From Alphaproteobacteria bacterium (GTDB lineage Bacteria > Pseudomonadota > Alphaproteobacteria > CALKHQ01), in NCBI GenBank assembly GCA_965227515.1, contig CBDDFZ010000001.1, positions 1,728,001-1,792,000 on the forward strand: a stretch of 64,000 nucleotides of DNA, in the 5' to 3' direction. A program made the translations under genes and the position numbers. The notes under the pieces are model-generated. The model had not been told where the DNA came from and did no database searches. It saw only the letters and a program-made list of their open reading frames with translations. Within the stretch, counting starts at the first letter, position 1, and every line of letters starts with the position of its first letter. This document shows positions 20,607-30,059 of the stretch, one piece after another.

Positions 20607-22166
20607 GTGCACGCCGAGATTATCGACGACTTCAGGAAACTTGAGAACCTGCGCGCGAACTGGGACGAACTCTATCGCAAGGATCCCGATGCGCAGCTAT
20701 TCCTGTCCTGGCCCTGGCTCTCGCATACATTTCGACGTCATCCAAAGCGCACATTTCTGATACTTGCCGTGCGCCCCGACACGCCTCGGGATCACTATCT
20801 TGCGTTCATGCCGTTGAGGCTAAGTTTGCGAAATGATGACAAGCTTGGAGGCTATTGCAACGAGCTCTACATGGCCGGCAACTACTGGGCGGACTATACG
20901 GGCTTCGTCGGCGACCCGGACCGTGACGCAGAAACCATACCGGCACTTGCAGCGGCGCTGAAATCTTTGTGTTGGAAGTCACTGCATCTTGACTTCCTGC
21001 ACATGTCGGAGGCCCGGACGGAAGGTTTGCTCGCTCAGTTCTCCGATGACACATTTCGGGTCGTTCGCCGGACCCGTGTCTCGCCGGTCGATGGCACCAA
21101 TTCCCTGATTTGTCCGTATATTGAGCTACCCAGTGAGTTCGATACTTACCTAGCCACCAATATGAGCGCTAACACACGGCAGAAATTCAGACGCTTTAGC
21201 CGACGTATCGATCAGTCGGACGTACTGGCTATCTCTGAGTCCAGCGCCCAGACCCGCTCGCGGGATCTTGACATACTGCGTCAGTTTTGGGTCGAAAAGT
21301 GGAGAACGCGAAAAGGCGACAGCACTGAGCGGCTTGGACGAAGATACGTCGATATTCTCGCGGCAGCAATGCGCGACGACATGGCCTATATTTGTCTGCT
21401 CTGGCGTGGTGATCAGCCATTGGGCGCGCTTGGCCACTTGATCGACTGGGAGAAGAAGTGCTTGATGTACTATGTCGCTGGTCGTGACGAAAAGGTCCAG
21501 GGCATTCCGATAGGCCTTCTTTTACATGGACACAGTATTCGGTGGGCGATTGAGCAAAAAATTGAAACCTATGATTTTCTTTGTGGTAATGAGTCCTTCA
21601 AGTATTCGTATGGTGTGCGAGAGCGTCAGATCAGGTGCTATGAAATCCGGACCAGGTCCGGATTCAACCTGCACGGCAGGCTCGACCCTCGCACAATGGA
21701 AAAAGCGCTGGAGCGTGCCACCCGGGCCCAAGACCGTGGGCGACTAAGCCGGGCTGAAGCCGGCTATCGGCAGGTGCTCGCAATCCGGCCCACCTCAGCG
21801 CGCGGTCTGCGCCGGCTCTCTCGCTTGCTCGTATCGCAGGGACGCTCGGCGGAAGCCGACGAATTTCTCGAAAGACTCGTTGAGTTGCGAGACAAGAGCG
21901 CGCTGGCGTGGGACATGCTTGGGCGGGTGAAGTTCGACTTGGGCGACTACAGGGAGGCTCGTTCATCGCTTATGCGGGCCGTCTCCCTCGGATCCGATGT
22001 ATCTGATGAGGCAGTCTCTTGTCTTGGTCGCGCCTGCCTGAGAATAGGCGATCCCAACGAAGCTGGTCGATGGTGCGATGTCTTGGCCGACCGTGCTCGA
22101 ACAAAAAACAGCATGTCTGCGCAGGCTCTTGCAGAAAACCTTCGTAATGAAATTGAACGTTCTTAA
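20607..22166 (+). CDS. CelD/BcsL-like GNAT acetyltransferase with C-terminal TPRs
   Basis: FLSWPWL, ADYTG, YDFLCGNESFKYSYG, TPR tail. Confidence 0.8.
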   Translation: MHAEIIDDFRKLENLRANWDELYRKDPDAQLFLSWPWLSHTFRRHPKRTFLILAVRPDTPRDHYLAFMPLRLSLRNDDKLGGYCNELYMAGNYWADYTGFVGDPDRDAETIPALAAALKSLCWKSLHLDFLHMSEARTEGLLAQFSDDTFRVVRRTRVSPVDGTNSLICPYIELPSEFDTYLATNMSANTRQKFRRFSRRIDQSDVLAISESSAQTRSRDLDILRQFWVEKWRTRKGDSTERLGRRYVDILAAAMRDDMAYICLLWRGDQPLGALGHLIDWEKKCLMYYVAGRDEKVQGIPIGLLLHGHSIRWAIEQKIETYDFLCGNESFKYSYGVRERQIRCYEIRTRSGFNLHGRLDPRTMEKALERATRAQDRGRLSRAEAGYRQVLAIRPTSARGLRRLSRLLVSQGRSAEADEFLERLVELRDKSALAWDMLGRVKFDLGDYREARSSLMRAVSLGSDVSDEAVSCLGRACLRIGDPNEAGRWCDVLADRARTKNSMSAQALAENLRNEIERS

Positions 22167-22476
22167 CAAAATGCAGGTTAATCAGGGAGGCTATTAGTCT
22201 TTTAATTGGTTATTGCTGGCCGATATTAGCGCTCGTGACTTTCTCGCTGGATCAGTCGACTGTGAGGTGCGCTCGGCGTTGGGATCTCAGGCAATCTGCA
22301 GGGCGTTGAACGCATATGCCAGCGATCTGGCGATGGCGCGATCGCCCGCCTGGTCGCCCACGAGATGGCCGGCACCGCCGGCCGCTGACGCCTGATTGGA
22401 ACAGAAAGTGTAACCGTTAGACTTTTCCACGCCCTGTGGAGTCTAACGGCCAGTCGGCTGCGGCGGCTATATCAAT

Positions 22477-22532
<56 letters not shown>

Positions 22533-22591
22533 TCAGAACAGTATTGAGAACAATGGCTTATCAATGAATTGTTGCGTCTGTGTCGCACACA

Positions 22592-23704
22592 TCATCCGAC
22601 CAGCGCGAGTTCCGCCGCATCGAGGCGTTCCTGGTCGCGGCCTTCGTCAGGCCACAGGTGGGCATACAGATCCATGGTCATGACGATGGACTCGTGACCG
22701 AGCCGGCTCTGGACTTCCTTCTCGCGGTAGCCCTGGTGGATGAGCCACGAGGCATAGAAGTGCCGCAGGGCGTGCAGGCCATACTTCGGCTTGCCGTCTT
22801 TCGTCAGGCCGGCTTCGATCTGCATCGGATCGAAACCGCGCTGGCGGATGTTGGCGTAGGATTCGACGTTACCCTTGCCGTTCGGAAACACGAGGTCCAG
22901 ACGGCTGGCTGGGCACCGTAGCTTCCATTCCTTGAGAGTGTTGCTGACGAGCTTGCCGATGGGAATGTCGCGAAAGCCGGCTTCGGACTTCGGCGCACCA
23001 ATGGTGCCCCATTCGTCTGCCCGCTGCCGTACATGGATGACGCGATCTTCCGCGTCTTGCCAGCGCAGGGCGCGCAACTCGGACGCGCGGAGGCCCGTCA
23101 TGGCGGCGACTACGACGAATGGACGCCAGCGGTCGGACGCAGCGGCGATGAGCTGTTGAACCTCAGCCATCGTCGGAGGGACCACCCGTTTGCGGTGCCG
23201 CTTTGGCACGTCGATAGTGGTCTTGCTGGCGACGTTCTGTCCGACCAGGCCACGACGTTGCGCGTCGTACAAGACTGACTTGAGGCTGGTCAGCACCTTG
23301 CGTGCCATTGGCCGCGAGTGCTTTTCCAAGAGCCGGTCACGAAACGCCTCTGCATCCGGCGCGGTGAACTGAGTCAATCGAGTGCTTCCAAGCTCCGGCG
23401 CGATGTGCAGACGGACGTGGCGACGATACGCCACCAGCGTGTTGCGCTCGCGCCCTTCGGCTTCCAGGCGAGCCAGCCATAGGTCGGCGGCTTCCTGAAT
23501 GGTCTTCGACGCACCATCGGCTACGTGGGTACCGCGACGCACATCGACGTGGGTCTGGCTCGCCCACGCGTCCGCGTCCTTCTTCGTGGAGAACGTCTTG
23601 AGGCGGCGCTTGCCCTGTCCGTCTTTGTAGTCGACAACCCAGGCCGTCCGATCCTTGCCACCGCTGGACCATTTCCGCTTTCGAACTGCCACGACCGCCT
23701 CCAT
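22592..23704 (-). CDS. Tyrosine recombinase/integrase
   Basis: TGLRASE, HALRH, LGH, DLYAH: catalytic R, HxxR, H and Y intact; N-terminal arm-binding region. Confidence 0.95.
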   Translation of the reverse strand: MEAVVAVRKRKWSSGGKDRTAWVVDYKDGQGKRRLKTFSTKKDADAWASQTHVDVRRGTHVADGASKTIQEAADLWLARLEAEGRERNTLVAYRRHVRLHIAPELGSTRLTQFTAPDAEAFRDRLLEKHSRPMARKVLTSLKSVLYDAQRRGLVGQNVASKTTIDVPKRHRKRVVPPTMAEVQQLIAAASDRWRPFVVVAAMTGLRASELRALRWQDAEDRVIHVRQRADEWGTIGAPKSEAGFRDIPIGKLVSNTLKEWKLRCPASRLDLVFPNGKGNVESYANIRQRGFDPMQIEAGLTKDGKPKYGLHALRHFYASWLIHQGYREKEVQSRLGHESIVMTMDLYAHLWPDEGRDQERLDAAELALVG

Positions 23705-23803
23705 TGGTTACGTCGCATTCCCATATTGTTGCAAATACTCCCTGTGTCAATGGTCGTCGCCAGATGAGCGCCGAAAAAAATGTCTGCGTGCCGCAGTTAA
23801 TGC

Positions 23804-24178
23804 TTGCCAGCGGGAAAAAATGTGGGCATCTTCAACGCGGTCCCGAAGTGCGCCCGCGCTCCGGGATTATTTGTGCCCGAACTTCAGGGAATATCAACCG
23901 CAACGGGAATGACCCGTTGACACCCATCCGAAAAGTGAGGTAACACCAACTCGTTCCCGAAGTGCGCCTAAACGGTGGCTTCGGGTTTGTTGTTTTCGGC
24001 CCTCGCGCGGACTCAACGTCCGCTAGAAAAAGCCGTTGACAGCCATCCGAAAATTACTTACCTGAACGTCGGGCCCGAAGTGCGACTGCATTCCGGGCCT
24101 TTTTCATGCCCGCCCGGCCGCCGTCGGCGCGGGCTTTTTCATACCCGCCCAGCATCCCGCTGCGGCGGGTTTTTTTTG
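23804..24178 (+). promoter_or_regulatory. Three tandem sigma70-like promoter + CCCGAAGTGCG hairpin units, then two more terminator hairpins
   Basis: TTGCCA 23804, TTGACA 23917 and 24036, each 38-39 nt before CCCGAAGTGCG (23842, 23956, 24074); each motif opens a stem-loop followed by a T-rich tract. Confidence 0.7.
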
Positions 24179-24195
24179 TCCGAACGAGGTGAACC

Positions 24196-24405
24196 ATGAC
24201 CGACACGCTGGGTGACGATCTGCTCCACGGCGTCAAAGCCATCGCCGCATACATCGGCGAGAGCGAGCGCCGCACCTTCTACCTGCTTGAGCGCAACATG
24301 CTGCCCGCCACGAAGCTTGGCGCACGGTGGGTGTCCCGCAAGTCCGCTATCGCCAAGCGGTTTGACCTCGATGGCGACCAGCGGGAGACGTGCAATGCAG
24401 CCTGA
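24196..24405 (+). CDS. Excisionase/AlpA-like DNA-binding protein
   Basis: DLL.G.KAIA.YIG...R.FYLL....LPA.KLG.RW pattern, GAGG RBS, divergent from integrase. Confidence 0.75.
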   Translation: MTDTLGDDLLHGVKAIAAYIGESERRTFYLLERNMLPATKLGARWVSRKSAIAKRFDLDGDQRETCNAA

Positions 24406-24574
24406 TCTGATTGCCAGGTCGATTATCCGTCGTTGGCGCGAAGGGTTGCGCGGCGATGAACTCCACCTGGCCGTACGCGCGGATTTTCCGGATTGTCCGT
24501 CGGAGGTCTACGGCGCTGCTGCGGCTGCTGCTTGGGCAGAGATGCGAGGTGCGACCAGCGATGATGCGGCCTGA
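24395..24574 (+). CDS. Small hypothetical protein
   Basis: 59-aa ORF overlapping both neighbours. Confidence 0.45.
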   Translation: MQPDLIARSIIRRWREGLRGDELHLAVRADFPDCPSEVYGAAAAAAWAEMRGATSDDAA

Positions 24575-25256
24575 AACGAAACCGCCGCCTCCGGTTGGCG
24601 GAACCGGGGCGGCGGTGAAATGGAATTGGCTTGGCGGCTCAAATTCCGACACCGAACATACCGCCACCGCCGCAGATGTTCAACTGCCAGTCGACTTGCA
24701 CCACGAGTTGGCCATCGCGCAGCGCCTTGCAGGGCGATATGGCCTGGACAACAAACTTCAGGCCTACGGCATTACCCCTGCCGACCAGATCGAAACCGAT
24801 GTGATAGCAGTCGACCGCATCCTAGTCGGCGCCGGGCGGTACTCCCCACTTCCCCATCATTTGCCTACAGACAGGTTGAGCCGGCCATCCGAGTTGTGGT
24901 GCCTCACCCCGATCCGTTCTCCAGCGGGCGAGGTCTTCAACGTGGTGGCATGGCGGCCGAACAGTCGCCAGACTTACGTGCGGATGCGCTGGCCGGCGCT
25001 ACTGGGCTGCGGCATCGGAGACGATCCCATCGACCGCGCCCTGATCTGTGACGAGCCGCTGGTCGTCTACGGCACAGTCGCGGCGTGGCACAGGCAGGCG
25101 CATGGCCCTGGTGTCGTGTGGTTGAACGACGACGTGTCGGAACTGTGGGGTGTCGACCGCGCCCTGACTGATGACATGGAGACGTTGCGCAAGCTGCGGG
25201 TCGCAGACGTTGACGCGCGGTTCATTGCTGCGGAGGTGGATGCCCATGCAGCATGA
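24561..25256 (+). CDS. Hypothetical protein, possibly a degenerate primase-like domain
   Basis: P....G...VVAW....LLG....PL.V......W......GVV pattern recalled from prophage replication genes; directly upstream of helicase. Confidence 0.45.
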   Translation: MMRPETKPPPPVGGTGAAVKWNWLGGSNSDTEHTATAADVQLPVDLHHELAIAQRLAGRYGLDNKLQAYGITPADQIETDVIAVDRILVGAGRYSPLPHHLPTDRLSRPSELWCLTPIRSPAGEVFNVVAWRPNSRQTYVRMRWPALLGCGIGDDPIDRALICDEPLVVYGTVAAWHRQAHGPGVVWLNDDVSELWGVDRALTDDMETLRKLRVADVDARFIAAEVDAHAA

Positions 25257-26304
25257 CAATTCGGCGCGGTGGGAAGCGGCGAGCCCCTATGCCGGCCTGA
25301 CGCTCAGCCTTGATGCGTGGGCCGCACGCGATGTGCCTCCACGGCGCCTGTTGCTGGGCGATATCTTCTCAGCGACGACCCGGGCCATGCTGGTCGCGGA
25401 CACCGGCATCGGAAAGACGCACTTGGGGTTCGCGTTCGCCTTCGCAATGGCCGCTGGCGAGCCCTTCTGCCATTGGGAGGGGCATGAGCCCGCGAAGGTG
25501 CTGATTGTCGACGGGGAGATGAGCATCGGGCTCATGAAAGAACGCCTCGCCGATGCCGAGCGCCGGCTTGGTATCAGGCCGCCCGATCTGCATTGCGTCT
25601 GCCGCGAGGAAGCGGAGCAGATGCCTGCGCTGGACACGCCGGAAGGCCAGGCATGGATGGACGGCTTAGTCCAACACCTTGGTGGCATCGACTTCCTGAT
25701 CCTCGACAACATCATGAGCCTGACGTCTGGGGATATGCTCGACCCGGAAGGCTGGAAGCCGGTCACGACTTGGATGCGCGCGCTTACTGCCCGCCAGATC
25801 GGTTGTCTGTGGATCCACCACACCGGCCACGACGGCAGCCGCAGCTTCGGGACCAAAACTCGCGAATGGCAACTCGACTTGGTGATGGTCGGTGAGAAGG
25901 TGGACGATCTCGCAGCCGATATTGCGCTCAAGGTTACGTTCAAGAAGGCCAGACAGCGCACGCCAGCGACGCGGGAAGACTACGAGACGACCACGCTACG
26001 GCTGACTAAGGACATTTGGACCAGCGACAACGCCGGGCAACGACAGACAGGTAGGGTGTCACCAGCCGGGCTCAAATTCAAAGATGCCTTGGCCAACGCC
26101 CTGTCGCTTCCTGCTGCCGAGCACTTCAACGGACAGCGCGCCGTCACCTTCGATGTCTGGAGGAACGAGTGCGAGCGAATGGGCCTGATCGATGGCCAGG
26201 ACAAGCCCCACAGCGCGCGAGCCCTGCTCTCAAAGTATCGGCGGGAGTTGGTCGCAGCCAACGTTGTGGTCTGCGAGAACGACCTGGTTTGGATGGTTTC
26301 ATGA
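25246..26304 (+). CDS. AAA_25/RepA-like (SF4) replicative helicase
   Basis: Walker A ADTGIGKT, VDGEM, ILDN, IHH; GGAGG RBS. Confidence 0.85.
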   Translation: MQHDNSARWEAASPYAGLTLSLDAWAARDVPPRRLLLGDIFSATTRAMLVADTGIGKTHLGFAFAFAMAAGEPFCHWEGHEPAKVLIVDGEMSIGLMKERLADAERRLGIRPPDLHCVCREEAEQMPALDTPEGQAWMDGLVQHLGGIDFLILDNIMSLTSGDMLDPEGWKPVTTWMRALTARQIGCLWIHHTGHDGSRSFGTKTREWQLDLVMVGEKVDDLAADIALKVTFKKARQRTPATREDYETTTLRLTKDIWTSDNAGQRQTGRVSPAGLKFKDALANALSLPAAEHFNGQRAVTFDVWRNECERMGLIDGQDKPHSARALLSKYRRELVAANVVVCENDLVWMVS

Positions 26305-26419
26305 CCAGCGCTGAAACCATGGCGAAACCATGGGGCGAAACCATGCGAAACCGCCCTGAAACCATAGTGAAACTGCGGCCTTCGTTGCGCGCAACCATAA
26401 GCGAAACCACCGCAACCGG
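26293..26419. repeat. Iteron cluster, putative replication origin
   Basis: GAAACCA(T) and variants at 26313, 26324, 26337, 26347, 26358, 26369, 26391, 26403, 26412; inverted copy at 26293. Confidence 0.7.
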
Positions 26420-26637
26420 TCCCTTATGGGACCGTTGCAGTTTCGCAGGCCTGTTGATGGCGGGGAAAGAGCCTCTGCAAACCACATCGGGCCACGCGCG
26501 CGAAGGTCTACCAGCGTGTGTTGTTCTGCCGCCTTGTTGCGAAAAGGGATATATTATCCCCGTGTCAGTCGTTGCTTTTCGTTGGGTTTGTGGCATATTG
26601 TTGCGGATGTGTCGCATGAGCCACGAAGGAGGGCCGC

Positions 26638-26826
26638 ATGGCCAGCACGACAGTGAGATACGAGGCTGACGCGGTGTCGATAAAGATCGGCAGCGCGGAC
26701 GCGGGGTATGACGTTCACAACAACCTGACCAGCCACCGTGACCCGGTGCTGCGGACGATTGCGCAAGAGTACGCCACGAACGGCACCACGGCAGGTGTCG
26801 TGACGATCACGGCGCAGGCGGGTTGA
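26638..26826 (+). CDS. Small hypothetical protein, first gene of putative late operon
   Basis: Strong AAGGAGG RBS, 62 aa. Confidence 0.6.
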   Translation: MASTTVRYEADAVSIKIGSADAGYDVHNNLTSHRDPVLRTIAQEYATNGTTAGVVTITAQAG

Positions 26827-26828
26827 CG

Positions 26829-27059
26829 ATGGCCAAGATGATCGCCTGCGTCGTTGACGACCAATCGGAGATGAAGGTGTTGCAGGGCCTGCCGGGCGGA
26901 TGCTGGCGCGTCAGCATGGACGTTCCCGCCGGTGGCCTGCACGGCTTGATTGGCGCCCATGGCAGGGGGCCGCTGCGGCAGCACTTCGCCGAAGCTGACT
27001 ACGGCATTGGCAAGACCGAGACGCCTGCCGAGCGCAACAAGCGGCTTGCCGGTCGATGA
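26829..27059 (+). CDS. Small hypothetical protein
   Basis: ATGA overlap with next gene. Confidence 0.5.
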   Translation: MAKMIACVVDDQSEMKVLQGLPGGCWRVSMDVPAGGLHGLIGAHGRGPLRQHFAEADYGIGKTETPAERNKRLAGR

Positions 27060-27736
27060 GCGAGACCCCCGCCGAAGCGCAAGAGGCGCTTATCGACGCC
27101 GATGTCGAGGCGTTCCTTGAGAACAAGCCCGCCCCGACAGAGGACCTCGCGGAGTTCGAGCACGACGACCCAACTCCTGGCCTTGCGCCTGGCGTTGAGG
27201 GGCAGAGCCCGGAGTCCCTGCGCAACCTGACGAGCTACTTGTCCAGCACGTTGGGCGACGACGTGCCGACGCCTGCCGAGTTCGCCAAGACGGACCCGGC
27301 CCTTGCGGGCAGCCTCAAGCGGGCCTGGGGCGGCGACTACGACCTGAACGTCCGGTTGGTGCAGTCGGCATTGTCCAGCCTTCCTCCGGCACTGGTGAAC
27401 GCTGGCGTGAAGGCGGGGCTGGACAAGGATGTTGGCCTGTTGTCGGCCCTGGCCAAGCGGGAGCTATCGGCCCGCCGCCAGACGGCATGGCCTGGAATCT
27501 ACGCAACCCCCGCCGACCATGGCGAAGTTGGTGAAAGGAGTGATGGAGTGGAACCCGAGGAATTGAGTGCAACGGAGCGTGCCCGGCTGGAGCGCGCCCG
27601 TCAGAAGGCTGTGGGGCAGTCCATAGATGCAAACAGGCGCGGCGACCGTGACGAAGCCAAGCGGCTGGCCGATATCGGCATGCGGTTGGCGACGCGGCTG
27701 TACGGCGATAAGCCGGCGGATGGCAGCTTGGGCTGA
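27056..27736 (+). CDS. Putative capsid scaffolding-like protein
   Basis: Acidic N-terminus, LKRAWGGDYDLNV motif reminiscent of podovirus scaffolds, basic helical C-terminus. Confidence 0.45.
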   Translation: MSETPAEAQEALIDADVEAFLENKPAPTEDLAEFEHDDPTPGLAPGVEGQSPESLRNLTSYLSSTLGDDVPTPAEFAKTDPALAGSLKRAWGGDYDLNVRLVQSALSSLPPALVNAGVKAGLDKDVGLLSALAKRELSARRQTAWPGIYATPADHGEVGERSDGVEPEELSATERARLERARQKAVGQSIDANRRGDRDEAKRLADIGMRLATRLYGDKPADGSLG

Positions 27737-28170
27737 TGGCCCGTTACCGCTGGAATCCTCGCATGGAAGCGTTTGCCATTGCCTATGCAGCCGGGAATTC
27801 CGGGGCTGAGGCCGCGCGGCAGGCGGGCTATCGGGGCGGGCGGTACCAGGCACGGGAACTGCTCAAGCGCGACGATGTGAAGGTTCGCATTGCCGAGATC
27901 CAGGCAGAAACGGCCAAGCGGAACGAATTCACCGTCGACAAGTTGATGGAGCAGCTCAAGGAAGACCGGGAGGCGGCACGGGAAGCCGGCCAGCACAGCG
28001 CCGCCGTGAAGGCGAGCGAGTTGCAGGGCAAGCTGAGTGGCCACCTTGTCGACCGGGTAGACGCGCGGGTGCAGATGGACACTCGCACCGACGAACAGAT
28101 CGAGGCATCCATTGCAGCGAAGATGCGTCAGTTGGGGCTGGCCGCAAAGGTCATCGAACATGACGGCTGA
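27736..28170 (+). CDS. Terminase small subunit
   Basis: EAFAIAY..GNSGAEAARQAGY...LL...VK.RI.E; AAVKASELQGKL.G. Confidence 0.85.
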   Translation: MARYRWNPRMEAFAIAYAAGNSGAEAARQAGYRGGRYQARELLKRDDVKVRIAEIQAETAKRNEFTVDKLMEQLKEDREAAREAGQHSAAVKASELQGKLSGHLVDRVDARVQMDTRTDEQIEASIAAKMRQLGLAAKVIEHDG

Positions 28171-28942
28171 GGCGCTCAAGGAACTCGACGCCGAGCTTGC
28201 CGAGCTGGCCCGCCGCAAGGCCCGCCGCAAGCTATCCAGGTATCGACCCTATCCGAAACAGGCCGAATTCCATGCCGCTGGTGCCGAGCACCGCGAGCGC
28301 TTGCTGTTGGGGGGCAATCGATGCGGCAAGACCGAGGCCGGCGGCGCCGAAGTCGCGATGCACCTGACTGGCCGATATCCTGACTGGTGGAAGGGCAAGC
28401 GGTTCGGTGAGCCGATAGTTGCCTGGGCATCCGGCATCACGTCCGAGTCCACGCGCGACGTTCCGCAAGAGAAGCTGATTGGCCCGCCCGCCGACAGATC
28501 GTCCTGGGGCACGGGGATGATACCGGGCGATGCCCTGGGGCCGCACTCGATGGCCCGCACGGTTGCCGACGCGCTCGACCAGGTGATCATCAAGCATGTG
28601 ACCGGCGGCCAATCCATCCTGGGCTTCAAGACCTATGAAAAGGGCCGCGAGAAGTGGCAGGGCGCGGCGCTGCATTTGATTTGGTACGACGAGGAACCGC
28701 CCGTCGATATCTACAACGAGGGCTTGGCCCGGCTATCCGACAACCGCGGCATCGCATTGGCGACGATGACACCGCTGTTGGGCATGTCGGAAGTGGTGCG
28801 CGGCTTCATCCACCAGGACGTGGACGAGGGCGAACCCGAACTGGTTGACCCGCCGGGTTGGACCGAGGCCGATGACGACCCGATGGGCGTGAAGATCCCG
28901 CCGAAGCCGCTTCCAAGCCACTACCGGGTGCGGCGCCGATGA
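28160..28942 (+). CDS. Terminase large subunit, ATPase half (P22-like)
   Basis: PYPKQAEFH, GGNRCGKT, IWYDEEP, TMTPLLG. Confidence 0.9.
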   Translation: MTAEALKELDAELAELARRKARRKLSRYRPYPKQAEFHAAGAEHRERLLLGGNRCGKTEAGGAEVAMHLTGRYPDWWKGKRFGEPIVAWASGITSESTRDVPQEKLIGPPADRSSWGTGMIPGDALGPHSMARTVADALDQVIIKHVTGGQSILGFKTYEKGREKWQGAALHLIWYDEEPPVDIYNEGLARLSDNRGIALATMTPLLGMSEVVRGFIHQDVDEGEPELVDPPGWTEADDDPMGVKIPPKPLPSHYRVRRR

Positions 28943-29685
28943 CGAAACACGTCACCTTCCTGACGCTGGACGATGCCGAGCATTTCAGCCCGGAGGAACG
29001 CGAGCGCATCGCTGCGGACTACCCCGCCCACGAGCGCGAAGCCCGTGCCAAGGGCGTGCCGATGCTGGGCAGCGGCCGGGTTTTTCCTGTGGCCGAGGAA
29101 GGCATCACCTGCGCGCCGTTCAAGGTGCCGGACTTCTACGCCTGCATCGGTGGCATGGACTTCGGTTGGGACCATCCTTTCGGCGCCGTGAAGCTGGCCT
29201 GGGACCGCGACGATGACGTGATCTACGTGGCGCAGTGCTATCGGGCGCGCGAGGAAACTCCGGCCATCCACGTCGACGCCATCAAGCCCTGGGGACCGGC
29301 GATGCCCTGGGCCTGGCCGCACGACGGTCACCAGCACGACAAGGGCTCAGGCGAGGCGCTGGCGGGCGGATACCGCCGCCGGGGGCTCAACATGCTGCCT
29401 GAGCACGCGACCCACGAGGACGGCGGCTTCGGCACCGAGGCCGGCATCACTCAGATGCTGGAATACATGCAGGCAGGCCGCTTCAAGGTGTTCTCGCACC
29501 TGGCCGACTGGTTCGAGGAATTCCGCCTTTATCACCGCAAGGCCGGGAAGATCGTGAAGGAAGCCGACGACTTGCTGTCGGCAACGCGCATCGCCGTCAT
29601 GAGCCTGCGCTTCGCCAAGCCGCGCACAGCGGAAAGACGGCGACCAATGCCTACGCACTACAACATTGAACGGAGAAAGAGATGA
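28939..29685 (+). CDS. Terminase large subunit, nuclease half
   Basis: DDAEH...EREARAKG.P.LGSGRVFP, GMDFGWDHP, DDLLSATR; ATGA overlap with ATPase half. Confidence 0.9.
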   Translation: MTKHVTFLTLDDAEHFSPEERERIAADYPAHEREARAKGVPMLGSGRVFPVAEEGITCAPFKVPDFYACIGGMDFGWDHPFGAVKLAWDRDDDVIYVAQCYRAREETPAIHVDAIKPWGPAMPWAWPHDGHQHDKGSGEALAGGYRRRGLNMLPEHATHEDGGFGTEAGITQMLEYMQAGRFKVFSHLADWFEEFRLYHRKAGKIVKEADDLLSATRIAVMSLRFAKPRTAERRRPMPTHYNIERRKR

Positions 29686-30059
29686 CTACCAAAACGCTCG
29701 AAAAGCCGGCGGATCGTCCGCCGGTTCACCTGGGCAGGCAAGACATGGTTCGGACGGACACCAACGGGTCGTGCCCCTCCCACTGGACTTTGATGACCCA
29801 TGCGACGCCGGAGGAAATCTTGTCTCCGGGCTGGTTCGATAACGCCTATGGCGATGTTCTGTTTGTCGACGACGTGATACTCGCACTCTACGGGCCCGGC
29901 GAATTTGAGGCGCAGAAAGCCGGAAACCAGACTTGGCGCGGCGGCGCCAAGCCACACCAGCGCATGAAGCTGTTGGTGACCAATCGCGTGCCTAAGACCG
30001 AAAACATGGGCCTAGTCTCGGCATGGCACATCACGGTCGAGCCGTACGACGGTCCCTGA
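29682..30059 (+). CDS. Hypothetical protein
   Basis: 125-aa ORF overlapping both neighbours. Confidence 0.55.
   Translation: MTTKTLEKPADRPPVHLGRQDMVRTDTNGSCPSHWTLMTHATPEEILSPGWFDNAYGDVLFVDDVILALYGPGEFEAQKAGNQTWRGGAKPHQRMKLLVTNRVPKTENMGLVSAWHITVEPYDGP

Noticed and set aside
23804-24100. Mini-CRISPR interpretation of the CCCGAAGTGCG repeats
   Set aside because: Conserved core is only 11-14 nt, period about 115 nt, and each unit has its own -35 box; no cas genes
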